Below are positions 30,276 through 40,894 of a stretch of 64,000 nucleotides of DNA, piece by piece. Each line of letters opens with the position of its first letter. Position 1 is the stretch's first letter. The DNA is taken from assembly GCA_965222155.1 (NCBI GenBank), contig CBDCTH010000012.1, forward strand, positions 2,848,001 through 2,912,000, given 5' to 3'. The DNA is from Gammaproteobacteria bacterium. GTDB lineage: Bacteria > Pseudomonadota > Gammaproteobacteria > Eutrophobiales > Eutrophobiaceae. The notes under the pieces are model-generated. The model was not told where the DNA came from and ran no database searches. It saw only the letters and a program-made list of their open reading frames with translations. The translations under genes were made by a program, and so were the position numbers.

Positions 30276-30520
30276 ATGACTGTCAAGATAAAGCATGAAA
30301 TTATGAGGCTTGATGCCAAAAATTCCGAAACGTTGCTCAAAACATTGGCCGCGCCTGTGTACTTTAACAGCAAGCTGACAGCCGCCTTTAAGGAACATGC
30401 TCAACGTATAACTAGTAAATGATTTCTATACCTGATTGTTGAACACTTCGATCACATCCATGACAGAGTTGATTTCCAGGATGGGGTAGTCTCGCTGGGT
30501 ACTATTAGCAAACAAATTTC
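30276..30520 (+). pseudogene. Relic of a DUF1778 antitoxin / GNAT toxin (TacAT/AtaRT-like) pair
   Basis: ORF 30276-30422 HEIMRLDAKNSETLLKTLAAP..NSKLTAAF resembles the DUF1778 C-terminal half. It is followed by IVEHFDHIHDRVDFQDGVVSL, resembling the GNAT toxin N-terminus HDR..F.CG...L. Confidence 0.5.
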
Positions 30521-30564
30521 AAACCTGTTTAGTCGGGAAGACAAATAAAGAAAACTAATTAGCG

Positions 30565-32172
30565 ATGAATAAACAAAACTCAGATCAAGTCATCAGCGAT
30601 GTAATGCAGATGGAAGAGCGAAACCGTCAAGCGCTGTCATTATTACTGGACCTACAACGAGAGAAGGATGGACATCTTTTTGCACTCAGTACCCGCATGG
30701 GGGAAACCTCATCCTACGTCACTACCGTGTCCTTGGGATGGGTTGTTCAAAATGTTCATTTCGCCGGGGACTTACCAATATTCAAGGGAAAAGTCGACAA
30801 GATAACAAAAAAAGTGCCTGTTGATGAAAATACAATCCGCGACATCCAGCAACGACAACCTGATTGGGAACGGCAACTACCAATGGCTCTTTATCTGGTC
30901 TTACGAAAGAATCACAAATTCCCTCCACTCCTGGTGGTCGGATATCAGGATTGGGTGTATAGCGATAACGCCGAGCAGTGGGGATTGGATAAACGCGCCA
31001 TGCAAAACAGCCTCACGGTAATGCCGCTGGAGCCCAAAGCCATTTACTTCGATTTAGATGTCAAGAACACCAAATACTATGCTTTAGATGGTCAACATCG
31101 CCTGATGGCGATCTTGGGTCTGCATGAGCTTTTGACTAAGGGAAAGTTATTCTCGCTAGATGTCAATGGGAAACCTAAACCAAACCGCTTAATCACTCGT
31201 GAGGCTATTATTAAACAAATACAAAAGGAAAACGGAGAAGACGAAGGAATGATCCACAATCGGTTAGAGAGATTGATGTCCGAACGCATTGGTATTGAGA
31301 TTATCCCCGCTGTCGCCAATGGGGAAACATATAAAGAAGCACTTTTTCGGTTGCGTGGCATTTTTATCGACGTCAATGAAAATGCAAAAAGGCTGAAGGA
31401 GGGCGAACTCATCCTGCTGGACGAAAATGTAGGATTCCGGATAGTTGTCCGAAATATTATGGTATCGCATGACTTGCTCAAAGGTAAAATTGATCAAAAC
31501 AAAACGCATCTTCCCGAGTCATCCGAGTGTTATACAACTTTGAAGACACTCGTGGAAATAGCGAGAAATTATCTTGGTGCCAAAACAGAGTTTTCTCCCT
31601 GGAAAAATCCTATGTTTGGAAATAAAAATTTTGGATTTATGCGGCCTCATGAATACGAACTCTCTGAAGGTACAATCGCACTGAACAGTTATTTTGATGC
31701 CTTGAAGCAGTTGCCGTCACATGCGCAGTTCATCCAAGGGAAGCCAGCTGGTGATATTAGGAAGAAAAATGGGGAAGACAATATACTCTTTCGTCCAGTG
31801 GCCCAAATGGCTCTTGCTGAGGCAGTAGCAGCTCTTGAGCGTGAAAATGAGATGTCTCTGGAAAGTATCATCAGTGAACTAGCCCGCCAAGAAGAGGCTG
31901 GTCAACTGAAACTTCGGGAGCGCACGGCGCCATGGTTTGGAGTACTGTGTAATCCCCTTGATCAGAAAATGCGCACTAAGAAAGAGTATCAAATCCTTTG
32001 CGGTAAACTTTTTTACTATATGTTGGGTGGCAAAATAGCGGACGACAAGTATCGCATAGATCTCCGGGAAGCATTTGCAGAGGCGCGCCGTGTCGGTGAC
32101 ACCGAGGCGATAAACATCGACGGGAAACCTGTTAGTAAAGATAAAGTTCAGTTGCCCAGCCCATGGCGATGA
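30565..32172 (+). CDS. DGQHR-domain (DndB-like) protein
   Basis: IQQRQPDWERQ, HKFPPLLVV, YALDGQHRLMAI, IFIDVNENAK.L..GE..LLDE, ILFRPVAQ.ALA.A. Confidence 0.88.
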   Translation: MNKQNSDQVISDVMQMEERNRQALSLLLDLQREKDGHLFALSTRMGETSSYVTTVSLGWVVQNVHFAGDLPIFKGKVDKITKKVPVDENTIRDIQQRQPDWERQLPMALYLVLRKNHKFPPLLVVGYQDWVYSDNAEQWGLDKRAMQNSLTVMPLEPKAIYFDLDVKNTKYYALDGQHRLMAILGLHELLTKGKLFSLDVNGKPKPNRLITREAIIKQIQKENGEDEGMIHNRLERLMSERIGIEIIPAVANGETYKEALFRLRGIFIDVNENAKRLKEGELILLDENVGFRIVVRNIMVSHDLLKGKIDQNKTHLPESSECYTTLKTLVEIARNYLGAKTEFSPWKNPMFGNKNFGFMRPHEYELSEGTIALNSYFDALKQLPSHAQFIQGKPAGDIRKKNGEDNILFRPVAQMALAEAVAALERENEMSLESIISELARQEEAGQLKLRERTAPWFGVLCNPLDQKMRTKKEYQILCGKLFYYMLGGKIADDKYRIDLREAFAEARRVGDTEAINIDGKPVSKDKVQLPSPWR

Positions 32173-33122
32173 CCTTGACATCGGCTTCGCTTTGTCCTGC
32201 ACCAGCGTCGGATTCTAATATAGGATTCGCTTCATTAGGAGATGTTGACCGCGCAGGAACCGCCTTTTGTAATGAGGCTCATAATATAGCAACGATTACC
32301 GAGGTACAGAAATACCGCGAATTTAGGATGCATTGTTTGAAAACGACGTTGGGTATAGTAGAGGCAGCCAAGATGCCGTCTCGTGTTTTGGTCAGTGTCC
32401 GCTTGAAACGTCTGGATAGCATTCGACGCAAAATCAGTCGTGGCGAAAATCAATTCAGTCTTGGACGAATGGATGACGTTATCGGCGTCCGGATCATTTG
32501 CCCAGATTATCAAACGGTAGGTGATTTAAGTCAGCGCATACAATCGTTACCGGTTTTTTATCGCTTGAAAGACTATACTCGCGAAACACATCCAGCGAAT
32601 ACTGGCTATCGCTCTGTACATCATATTATTCGATTTGAGCAGCCCTTAACGAAAATTAAAAATATTGCCGTCCGCTTCGAGGTACAAGTAAGAAGTTACT
32701 ACCAGCATCAATGGGCAATCTGGTCGGAACATCAGGGCGAAGCTGTCAAGATGGGCAGCGGTCCCGAAGAGATTAAGACAGATTTACGTAATCTGTCCGA
32801 CCGTATCACCCGCTGGGAGGAAAGTAATCCTCGCGAAATGCAACATCACCTCCTCGATTACACTGGTCGGGAAGACATAATTGTGGCTTGGAGACAAAAA
32901 TACGGTGAGCCGACATATCATATTTTTCATAATAATATTGACCGCGCAGTAAAATGGCTCAATTACATGGAAACTAAACATCCCGCTCAAAGAGGCAATG
33001 CGCTTTTACTAGTAGGCGTAACAACCCCGGGTGAAGCGCGAAATGTCCTGCGACTGACACATCCACTGTACATTACAAGCAGGGTCATAGAACCAGAATA
33101 CTGGATGCCGTCCGATTCCTGA
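32163..33122 (+). CDS. RelA/SpoT small alarmone synthetase domain protein, CapRel-like fused toxSAS
   Basis: RLKRLDSIRRKI, MDDVIGVRII, GYRSVH, EVQVRS..QHQWA; N-terminal DVDRAG; C-terminal extension A...LNYME...ALLLVG...LRLTHPLY; overlaps the DGQHR gene stop. Confidence 0.75.
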   Translation: MAMTLTSASLCPAPASDSNIGFASLGDVDRAGTAFCNEAHNIATITEVQKYREFRMHCLKTTLGIVEAAKMPSRVLVSVRLKRLDSIRRKISRGENQFSLGRMDDVIGVRIICPDYQTVGDLSQRIQSLPVFYRLKDYTRETHPANTGYRSVHHIIRFEQPLTKIKNIAVRFEVQVRSYYQHQWAIWSEHQGEAVKMGSGPEEIKTDLRNLSDRITRWEESNPREMQHHLLDYTGREDIIVAWRQKYGEPTYHIFHNNIDRAVKWLNYMETKHPAQRGNALLLVGVTTPGEARNVLRLTHPLYITSRVIEPEYWMPSDS

Positions 33123-33205
33123 TCTTTGTCGCGTCCGCCTCATATTGTTTTTCTGTGAATACACATGTGCCGGGTTTAAGCAACACTTCTTATAGCCCCA
33201 GGAGA

Positions 33206-35275
33206 TTAACGGCAGTAATTTTCAAGCAGTTGCTGTTGCGTATTCCTGGGCTTCTGGTTGCCCGGCCGGGCTTTCTTGTAGGTGCCGTCGCTCTGCAAAA
33301 TCCAGGCCTGGGTATTATCACTGAGGTAGTTCAACAAACCGAACTTGATGACCTGGTCTTTGGGTCGTTTCTCCTCGATAGGAAAACAGGCTTCCACGCG
33401 GTGGTGCAGGTTGCGCGGCATCCAGTCGGCTGAGGAGCAAAGCACCTGTTCTTCTCCCCCGTCCAGGAAATAAAACACCCGGGTATGTTCCAGGAACCGG
33501 CCTACGATGGAACGGACGTATATGTTTTCAGACAACCCTTTTATCCCCGGGCGCAGGCAACAGATACCGCGGATGATCAGGTCGATGCGCACGCCGGCCA
33601 TGGATGCCTTGTACAGGGCGCGGATAATTTCCGGGTCAACCAGGGCATTCATTTTGGCGATAATATGCGTCTTCTTGCCGGCCCTGGCATTGGCGGCCTC
33701 CCGCTCTATATATGCCAGCAGAGACTTGTACAGAGTGAAAGGGGATTGCAGCAGTTTTTTCAACTTTGACGCCCGCCCGAGACCGGTCAACTGGAGAAAC
33801 AGCATATTGACGTCTTCCGCCACGGCCTTGTCACAGGTCAATAATCCGTAATCGGTATACAGCCTGGCGGTACGGGCATGGTAATTCCCCGTTCCCAGGT
33901 GTACGTAGCGGCGCAGGTCCCTGCCTTCCCGGCGCACCACCATCACCATTTTCGCATGGGTCTTGTAACCGACGACGCCATAGACAACTTGGGCACCGGC
34001 CTCCTGCAATTCGTTGGCCAGTTCTATATTGGCCTCCTCTTCAAACCGGGCCCGTAACTCAATCACCACGGTGACCTCCTTACCGGAGCGGGCCGCGTCT
34101 TTCAACGCATCAACCAGGGCGGAATCATCTCCGGTGCGATACAGGGTCTGTTTGATTGACAGGACGTTAGTATCGTTGGCCGCCTGCCGGACAAAGTCGA
34201 TGATGGGGGCAAACGATTGAAACGGGTGGTGCAATAAAATATCACCGTTTTTGAGAACGTCAAATATACTGTCATTCTTTCGCAGCCGTGGCGGCAGGTC
34301 TGGTGTGAATCCGGCAAAGGTCAGTTCCGGCTTATCCACTAGGTCGTAAATCGCCATTAACCGGTTCAGGTTTACCGGTCCGTTCACTTTGTACAGGTCA
34401 TCTTCATTCAGTTCAAATTGCTGCAGCAAAAACGCGGAAAGATCATCAGGACAATTATCCGCAACCTCCAGCCTGACCGCGTCATTAAACCGTCTTGACG
34501 GCAGTTCGCCCTCCAGCGCTATCAGCAGGTCATCAACTTCTTCGTCGTCCACAAACAGTTCACTGTTCCGGGTCACCTTGAATTGATAACATCCGGTTGC
34601 CTTCATGCCGGGGAACAGGTCATCCACGTGGGCGTGGATAATGGACGACAACAGCACGAAATTCCATTTCCCCTTGCTGACTTTTTCCGGCAGATGCACC
34701 ACCCTGGGCAATGACCGGGGCGCCTGGACGATGGACAGGCGGTTTTCCCGGCCAAAAGCGTCCTTGCCGTCCAGCGTGATGATGAAATACAGGTTCTTGT
34801 TCAGCACCCGGGGGAATGGGTGCGCGGGATCCAGCCCGATGGGGCTCAACACCGGTAAAACGTTGCTGTTGAAATAGCGTTTTACCCAGCGCGAGACCGC
34901 GGGTTTCCAGATGGTTCGACGCAATACGTGGATCTTCGCCTTGGCCAGTTCCGGTGTAATGACATCATTCAGCACGGAATATTGGCTGGCAACAAGCTCG
35001 CGGGCAATCGAGCCTATCTGTTTCAAGGTTTCCAACGGACTGAGGTTATCCGGTCCGGTTTGGACAGAACCGTACTTCACCTGTTGTTTGACACCGGCCA
35101 CGCGGATTTCAAAAAATTCATCCAGGTTGGTGCTGGCTATACAGAGAAACTTCAGTCTTTCCAGCAATGGCATGGTCTCGTCTTCGGCCTGGGCGATGAC
35201 GCGACGATTAAACTCCAACAGACTTAATTCACGATTGATGTAAAGTTCGGGATTATTGAGGTTTATCGTATCCAC
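33206..35275 (-). CDS. ppk1: Polyphosphate kinase 1
   Basis: NRELSLLEFNRRV, NLDEFFEIRVAG, DPAHPFP, LLHHPFQSF, KTHAK, HLGTGNYH, GRFLEH, SSADWM.RN. Confidence 0.97.
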   Translation of the reverse strand: MDTINLNNPELYINRELSLLEFNRRVIAQAEDETMPLLERLKFLCIASTNLDEFFEIRVAGVKQQVKYGSVQTGPDNLSPLETLKQIGSIARELVASQYSVLNDVITPELAKAKIHVLRRTIWKPAVSRWVKRYFNSNVLPVLSPIGLDPAHPFPRVLNKNLYFIITLDGKDAFGRENRLSIVQAPRSLPRVVHLPEKVSKGKWNFVLLSSIIHAHVDDLFPGMKATGCYQFKVTRNSELFVDDEEVDDLLIALEGELPSRRFNDAVRLEVADNCPDDLSAFLLQQFELNEDDLYKVNGPVNLNRLMAIYDLVDKPELTFAGFTPDLPPRLRKNDSIFDVLKNGDILLHHPFQSFAPIIDFVRQAANDTNVLSIKQTLYRTGDDSALVDALKDAARSGKEVTVVIELRARFEEEANIELANELQEAGAQVVYGVVGYKTHAKMVMVVRREGRDLRRYVHLGTGNYHARTARLYTDYGLLTCDKAVAEDVNMLFLQLTGLGRASKLKKLLQSPFTLYKSLLAYIEREAANARAGKKTHIIAKMNALVDPEIIRALYKASMAGVRIDLIIRGICCLRPGIKGLSENIYVRSIVGRFLEHTRVFYFLDGGEEQVLCSSADWMPRNLHHRVEACFPIEEKRPKDQVIKFGLLNYLSDNTQAWILQSDGTYKKARPGNQKPRNTQQQLLENYCR

Positions 35276-35312
35276 ACATTCTCAGACATTTGTTGATGAG
35301 ATAACTACCGGG

Positions 35313-36023
35313 CTATTGTTTTCTTACTTTTTCTTCCATCTGCTCTATGCTGATATGGCGCACATCCTTGCCTTCGACAAAATATATAACATACTCGCAG
35401 ATGTTGCGAGCATGATCGGCGATGCGTTCCAGTGCCCGCGCTACCCAGACGGCGTTGATAACGCTGGAAATACTGCGCGGGTCTTCCATCATATAGGTAA
35501 CCAGTTGCCGGAGTATGGCGACGTACTGCTCATCGGATTCAGGTTCCTTGCTCGCCGTGACCAGTGCTCCCTGGCTGTCCATGCGGGCAAACGCATCCAA
35601 GGCATCGCGCACCATGCTCCTGACAAAATTTCCCATGGAATTGATCCCGACGTAATAGGACCTGGGGCCGGATTTTTCCGCGAGGTTAATGGTCATCTTG
35701 GCAATTTTCTCTGCTTCATCCCCGATGCGTTCCAGGTCGGTAATAGTCTTAATCACCGCCATTACCAGACGCAGGTCGCCGGCCGCCGGCTGGCGCCGCG
35801 CCAGCAGGGTGACGCATTCCTCATCAATAGATACCTCCCAGGCATTCAACTTCATCTCATTTTCCATGACCTGTTCTGCCAGTGGCACATTGAAATCCCT
35901 TAATGCCTGCAAGGCATTGGTAAACTGTTGTTCGGCCAGCCCCCCCATAGCCAGGACGTTGCCGCGGATCTCTTCCAGTTCATTATCATATTGCCTGGAA
36001 ATATGTTGTGATACATTACTCAT
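35313..36023 (-). CDS. phoU: Phosphate signalling protein PhoU
   Basis: RRQPAAGDLR, DLERIGDEA, LERIADHARNICEYVIY. Confidence 0.97.
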   Translation of the reverse strand: MSNVSQHISRQYDNELEEIRGNVLAMGGLAEQQFTNALQALRDFNVPLAEQVMENEMKLNAWEVSIDEECVTLLARRQPAAGDLRLVMAVIKTITDLERIGDEAEKIAKMTINLAEKSGPRSYYVGINSMGNFVRSMVRDALDAFARMDSQGALVTASKEPESDEQYVAILRQLVTYMMEDPRSISSVINAVWVARALERIADHARNICEYVIYFVEGKDVRHISIEQMEEKVRKQ

Positions 36024-36042
36024 GACAAATCCTCTTCATGTT

Positions 36043-36885
36043 TTAACCATAGCGCCCGGTTATGTAGTCTTCTGTCATCTTCTCCTGTGGATTGGTAAAC
36101 AGGGTGCCGGTATCGCGGAACTCGATCAACTTCCCCAGGTACATATAGGCAGTATAGTCCGATACCCTGGCGGCCTGCTGCATATTGTGGGTAACTATGA
36201 CGATCGTGTAGTTGTCTTTCAACTGGTAAATCAACTCCTCGACTTTCAGGGTTGAAATGGGGTCCAGTGCGGAACAGGGTTCGTCCAGCAACAGTATCTC
36301 GGGTTCAATCGCAATGGACCGGGCGATGACCAGCCGTTGTGCCTGACCGCCGGAGAGTCCCAGGGCGTTATCATCGAGCCGGTCCTTCACCTCATCCCAG
36401 AGGGCGGCGCGCTTGAGGGATTTCTCCACCACGGCATCCAGCGTTTGGCGGCGGTTTACGCCCTGGATGCGGAGGCCGTAAGCGACGTTTTCGTAGACGG
36501 ATTTCGGGAACGGGTTGGGTTTCTGGAAGACCATGCCGACCCGTCTTCTCAATTCAGCCACGTTCACCGATTTGTGAAATATATCTTCACCGTTAATCCT
36601 GATGCTGCCCTTGATGCTAACGCCGTCAATGAGATCATTCATACGGTTAAAACAGCGTAACAAGGTTGATTTACCACAGCCGCTGGGCCCGATAAATGCC
36701 GTGACTTTTTTCTCGGGAATGACCATGGTGATGTCGTTCAGGGCCTGTTTTTCACTGTAGTACAGGTCAAAATTATTAACGTGTACACATGACTTTTCAT
36801 TTGCCAGGGACAATTTTGCGCTGTGGCCGATGAGTGAACTCATATCCACGGCGTGAGAACTTGCCTGTGTCGTATCGTCGTTCAT
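36043..36885 (-). CDS. pstB: Phosphate ABC transporter ATPase
   Basis: [43 protein letters not shown]. Confidence 0.97.
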   Translation of the reverse strand: MNDDTTQASSHAVDMSSLIGHSAKLSLANEKSCVHVNNFDLYYSEKQALNDITMVIPEKKVTAFIGPSGCGKSTLLRCFNRMNDLIDGVSIKGSIRINGEDIFHKSVNVAELRRRVGMVFQKPNPFPKSVYENVAYGLRIQGVNRRQTLDAVVEKSLKRAALWDEVKDRLDDNALGLSGGQAQRLVIARSIAIEPEILLLDEPCSALDPISTLKVEELIYQLKDNYTIVIVTHNMQQAARVSDYTAYMYLGKLIEFRDTGTLFTNPQEKMTEDYITGRYG

Positions 36886-36906
36886 TTGCCTGCTCGTGTC
36901 TGCGGA

Positions 36907-38580
36907 TTAGTTCTGTTCGGCTGCACGATATTTCTCTCTAAGCGTATTACGAATTTTAATTGCCGTGAGATTTAAACAGATTATGATGAGAATCAATAAA
37001 AAAGCGGTCGCGTAAACCAATGGCCTGGCTGCCTCCACGTTCGGACTCTGAAAACCCACGTCGTAGATGTGAAAGCCCAAGTGCATGAATTTCCTGTCCA
37101 GGTGCAGGAATGGAAAGTTTCCATCCAGCGGCATGGATGGCGCCAGTTTGACCACACCGACAAGCATCAGGGGCGCCACCTCTCCGGCGGCCCGGGCAAC
37201 GGCGAGGATCAGTCCCGTCATTATTGCTGAAGCGGTCATGGGCAGGACAGTGTGCCACAATGTCTCGGCTTTGGTGGCGCCCAGAGCAAGGCTGCCTTCA
37301 CGGATTGCCCGCGGCACCCGCGCCAGGCCTTCCTCGGTGGAAACGATCACTACCGGCACGGTCAATATGGCCATTGTCAACGATGCCCACATGATACCCG
37401 GCGTGCCGAAGGTGGGTGCCGGCAGGGACTCGACAAAAAACAGCTCGTCAATAGTGCCGCCTAAAAAATACACGAAAAAGCCCAATCCAAACACGCCATA
37501 AACGACCGAAGGCACACCGGCGAGGTTATTGACGGCAATGCGTATCAACCGGGTCAATGGTCCCTGGCGGGCGTATTCCCACAGGTACACCGCCGCCACC
37601 ACGCCGAAAGGAGTCACCAGCACGGCCATGATCATCACCATCATGACGGTACCGAAAATGGCCGGGAAAATACCGCCCTCGGTATTGGCTTCTCTCGGAT
37701 CTCCGGAAACGAATTCCCAGAGTTTCTCAAAATAAAACACGATTTTATCCGTGACGCTCATGGCGTTGGGCCGGTATGCCCGGACGACCTTGGCAAACAG
37801 GAGTTCGGCCTCCTGGCCGTTGGCAAGCGCTGCTACGAAGGAAGCCTTGTTCAATTGCTCATACAGCCTGGTGAGGCGGCTTGTGAAACTATTGTATTCC
37901 TCCTGCAGTGACGCACGCTGTGCCTCAATCTCCTCATAGGCAGGGCTTCCGGCGGGTTCGTTGTTCAACGCCAGTCCTTTTTCCCCGAGACGCAGATGCT
38001 CCATTCGGTAATTAACAGCGCCTATCAGGTTCTTCTCAATATGGTGTATTTCACCCTGTATTGTCTTACTCTCTGCAATGTACTTCTGAAACGCCTCCCA
38101 GTCGGGGTCGGCATTCACCACCTCGCCGTTTTCCTTGACGGTCTTGAGGTAGCCATAAAAGTTGCCCCATTCGTACCTCTCTATGGCCACGATGGTTTCC
38201 GGAAAAGCCAGGTTTTGTATGGCTGCGTCCAGAATCCAGCGGTAGTCGAAACCGGTATAATCCCGGTTGCCTATCCTGATCAGCCGCCGCTCAATGATGT
38301 CCAGGTCCGCCGGTATCCGACTGTCGGCCTCTGCCAGCCTTGCCCGGGGCACGGATTCGGTGTCGATAAACTCACCAGCCAGCGCAATGACGGAACCGTC
38401 ACTGTCGGTATAATCAAACGCGGCAACGTCACTCGGCCAGAAATGACCCAGGCCGCGTACCATGATCAGCACGATCAGGCCCGTAACCATGATGATGGAC
38501 ACGCTGACCGCGCCGGCATTCAACCAGATATAGGGTTCACCGCTATTGAACCATCCTGTGAATGAGACCTGTCTTTTCAT
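36907..38580 (-). CDS. pstA: Phosphate ABC transporter permease PstA (long form)
   Basis: PREANTEGGIFPAIFGT, NNLAGVPSVVYG, EGSLALGATK, ARAAGEVAPL. Confidence 0.95.
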   Translation of the reverse strand: MKRQVSFTGWFNSGEPYIWLNAGAVSVSIIMVTGLIVLIMVRGLGHFWPSDVAAFDYTDSDGSVIALAGEFIDTESVPRARLAEADSRIPADLDIIERRLIRIGNRDYTGFDYRWILDAAIQNLAFPETIVAIERYEWGNFYGYLKTVKENGEVVNADPDWEAFQKYIAESKTIQGEIHHIEKNLIGAVNYRMEHLRLGEKGLALNNEPAGSPAYEEIEAQRASLQEEYNSFTSRLTRLYEQLNKASFVAALANGQEAELLFAKVVRAYRPNAMSVTDKIVFYFEKLWEFVSGDPREANTEGGIFPAIFGTVMMVMIMAVLVTPFGVVAAVYLWEYARQGPLTRLIRIAVNNLAGVPSVVYGVFGLGFFVYFLGGTIDELFFVESLPAPTFGTPGIMWASLTMAILTVPVVIVSTEEGLARVPRAIREGSLALGATKAETLWHTVLPMTASAIMTGLILAVARAAGEVAPLMLVGVVKLAPSMPLDGNFPFLHLDRKFMHLGFHIYDVGFQSPNVEAARPLVYATAFLLILIIICLNLTAIKIRNTLREKYRAAEQN

Positions 38581-40850
38581 AATGAGCTGTATTTCACCCG
38601 CAACCGCTGCCTGACGACCTCGGCTATGGTGTTGAACAGGAATGTCGCCAGGAACAGCACCAGGCCGGCCAGGAATAAAATCCGGTAATGGGTGCTGCCC
38701 AGTTCGGATTCAGGCATCTCCACGGCGATATTGGCGGACAGGGCGCGAAAACCTTCAAAGATATTCATGTCCATAATAGGCGTATTCCCCGTCGCCATGA
38801 GTACGATCATGGTTTCGCCTACCGCCCGGCCGAGACCTATCATGACCGCCGAAAATATCCCCGGGCTGGCAGTCAGCAGCACCACTCTGACTACGGTCTG
38901 CCAGGGCGTGGCGCCCAGGGCCAGCGAACCCATCGTCAGGTGTTTGGGCACACCGTAAACCGCGTCTTCACTGATGGAAAAAATAGTGGGGATGACGGCA
39001 AAACCCATGGCGATGCCCACTACCAGGGAGTTTCTCTGGTCATACGTGATCCCCAGTTCATCGGACAGCCACAACGGCATGTTGCCGCCAAAGAACGCGA
39101 GCTCCAGGGGCTGGCTGAGGGCGAATGAGATAATGCCCGCGCCGATAATGACGGGCAGCAGCAGCGCCGCCTCCCAACCCTCCGGGACCCGGTGGCGAAA
39201 CTGGTCCGGCAGCCTGTTCCAGCAGTAAGCTGCGAGGATCACGCTGACCGGTAACAGCAGGAAACATAAAACCAGACCCGGCATGTTCTGCTCTACAAAC
39301 GGCGCAAACCACAGCCCGGCGAGAAAGCCGAGGATGACTGTGGGCAGTGCCCCCATGATTTCAATAGTCGGCTTGATGAAGCCGCTCATTTTTGCAGCCA
39401 TGAAATAAGCGGTATATATGGCGCCCATGATGGACAGGGGCACGGCAAACAACATGGCATAAAATGCGGCCTTCAAGGTACCGTAGGCCAGTGGCGTCAA
39501 GCTGAATTTCGGCTCAAAATCACTGCTGGCTGAGGAAGACTGCCAGATATACTCGGGCTGCTCCCGGCTCTCATACCAGACCTTGCCCCAGATGGCCGAC
39601 CAGGATATTTCCGGATGTTCGTTATCTATCTCCCAGAGTTGTAACACGCCGGTATCATCTTCCACCAGCATGGCGTTGGCCCGCGGCGCCACAGCCAGTT
39701 GCGTCAGCCTGTTGTCGTTGATCTTCTCCAGCTTTACGGTGCGGTGCGCGGTAGAGTGATAAATACCCAGGTAGCCGCTATCATCCACCGCCAGGAAACC
39801 TTTTCTGAAGTATTCCGGCGCGATGGACGTTATTCCGGCTGACTGTGAGGCAAAACTGCGTATCTTCTCCAGGGTATAGTTATTTGCCTGGTCGCGCACC
39901 GGGAACCACTGGGTGATGTTGCCGGCGGAATCGCCCACCAGGATGGAAATACCGCCACTGAGAAAGGACAGGCTGGTGATCTGCTCCGGCGCATTGACGA
40001 CCTGGACTCGTTGCACCAGTTCCGGCGCTGCCTTGTCACTGATATCGTAATAGGATATCAACCCGCTCTCCTCGGCAATATAGAGTTCCCGATGTTCCAC
40101 ATCCATCATCAGGTGTGTGACTGTGCCCGAGATTGGAATCCGGCTTTTCGTGATGCTGATTTCGGCTTCATCGTTGAGAATTGACTCTTCCTCAGTGATG
40201 TTCATAAGCAGCAGACGCTGATCCTCCGTGAGTGCAGCAATGGTGGTCTGATCTTCGTCGGACTGCGAAGCAATTATGCTGATTGCTTTACCTGCCTCAT
40301 CCACTTGTATAGGCAATTTGCCCACAGGCCAGTCAATCCCGGGCAGAATGAGACGCACGTCATTGGGGTAGGTCACGTGGTATTCATGGGTAGCCAGCAG
40401 GGCGCTACCATCTTCCAGCCCGAACGCAAGCAGTCGTTGTGACGGGTCGCCGGCGCTGAACGCAGTGATATCCGCCGGCGCATCCTGCGCCAGAAATTGC
40501 TGGTGTATCAGGCTGCCGTCCGCGCTTTTGAAAAATACGACACTGGCGTCGGCTGTGACGCGCAAACCGACTTCGCGTTGTTCTTCCATGGCGTAATACG
40601 AGGCGCCGGTACTTGTACCACCCGGGACCGGGTAGCTCGCCACTTGTTCGATATGCGACGGCTTGAACATGGGCAACACGACGTAAAACAGGTAAAACGC
40701 GATCAACACGATGGCGATAATGACGCTGATGCCGCCCAGTGCCATGACATAGCGCATCAGGACATCCTTCAGATGGCGGTATTGGCGATGTTTTTGTGCA
40801 GCAGCGGAGCTGAAATCAGGTAACAGGGAAGTTGTGTTCGCAGCGCTCAT
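38577..40850 (-). CDS. pstC: Phosphate ABC transporter permease PstC (long form)
   Basis: WQSSSAS..FEPK.SL.PL..GTLKAA, GSLALGATPWQT, RAVGETMIVLMATGN. Confidence 0.93.
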   Translation of the reverse strand: MSAANTTSLLPDFSSAAAQKHRQYRHLKDVLMRYVMALGGISVIIAIVLIAFYLFYVVLPMFKPSHIEQVASYPVPGGTSTGASYYAMEEQREVGLRVTADASVVFFKSADGSLIHQQFLAQDAPADITAFSAGDPSQRLLAFGLEDGSALLATHEYHVTYPNDVRLILPGIDWPVGKLPIQVDEAGKAISIIASQSDEDQTTIAALTEDQRLLLMNITEEESILNDEAEISITKSRIPISGTVTHLMMDVEHRELYIAEESGLISYYDISDKAAPELVQRVQVVNAPEQITSLSFLSGGISILVGDSAGNITQWFPVRDQANNYTLEKIRSFASQSAGITSIAPEYFRKGFLAVDDSGYLGIYHSTAHRTVKLEKINDNRLTQLAVAPRANAMLVEDDTGVLQLWEIDNEHPEISWSAIWGKVWYESREQPEYIWQSSSASSDFEPKFSLTPLAYGTLKAAFYAMLFAVPLSIMGAIYTAYFMAAKMSGFIKPTIEIMGALPTVILGFLAGLWFAPFVEQNMPGLVLCFLLLPVSVILAAYCWNRLPDQFRHRVPEGWEAALLLPVIIGAGIISFALSQPLELAFFGGNMPLWLSDELGITYDQRNSLVVGIAMGFAVIPTIFSISEDAVYGVPKHLTMGSLALGATPWQTVVRVVLLTASPGIFSAVMIGLGRAVGETMIVLMATGNTPIMDMNIFEGFRALSANIAVEMPESELGSTHYRILFLAGLVLFLATFLFNTIAEVVRQRLRVKYSSL

Positions 40851-40894
40851 GGAAGAATACTACAGGTAATAAATGTATTCTTCCGGGGAACTCT

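Noticed and set aside
30565-32172. Canonical dndB
   Set aside because: Longer than typical DndB, on the opposite strand, separated from dndC and coupled to a different gene; kept as a DGQHR-family protein.
15747-33150. Integrase or prophage driving the island
   Set aside because: No tyrosine/serine recombinase or phage structural gene; the only mobility gene is the IS1634 transposase.
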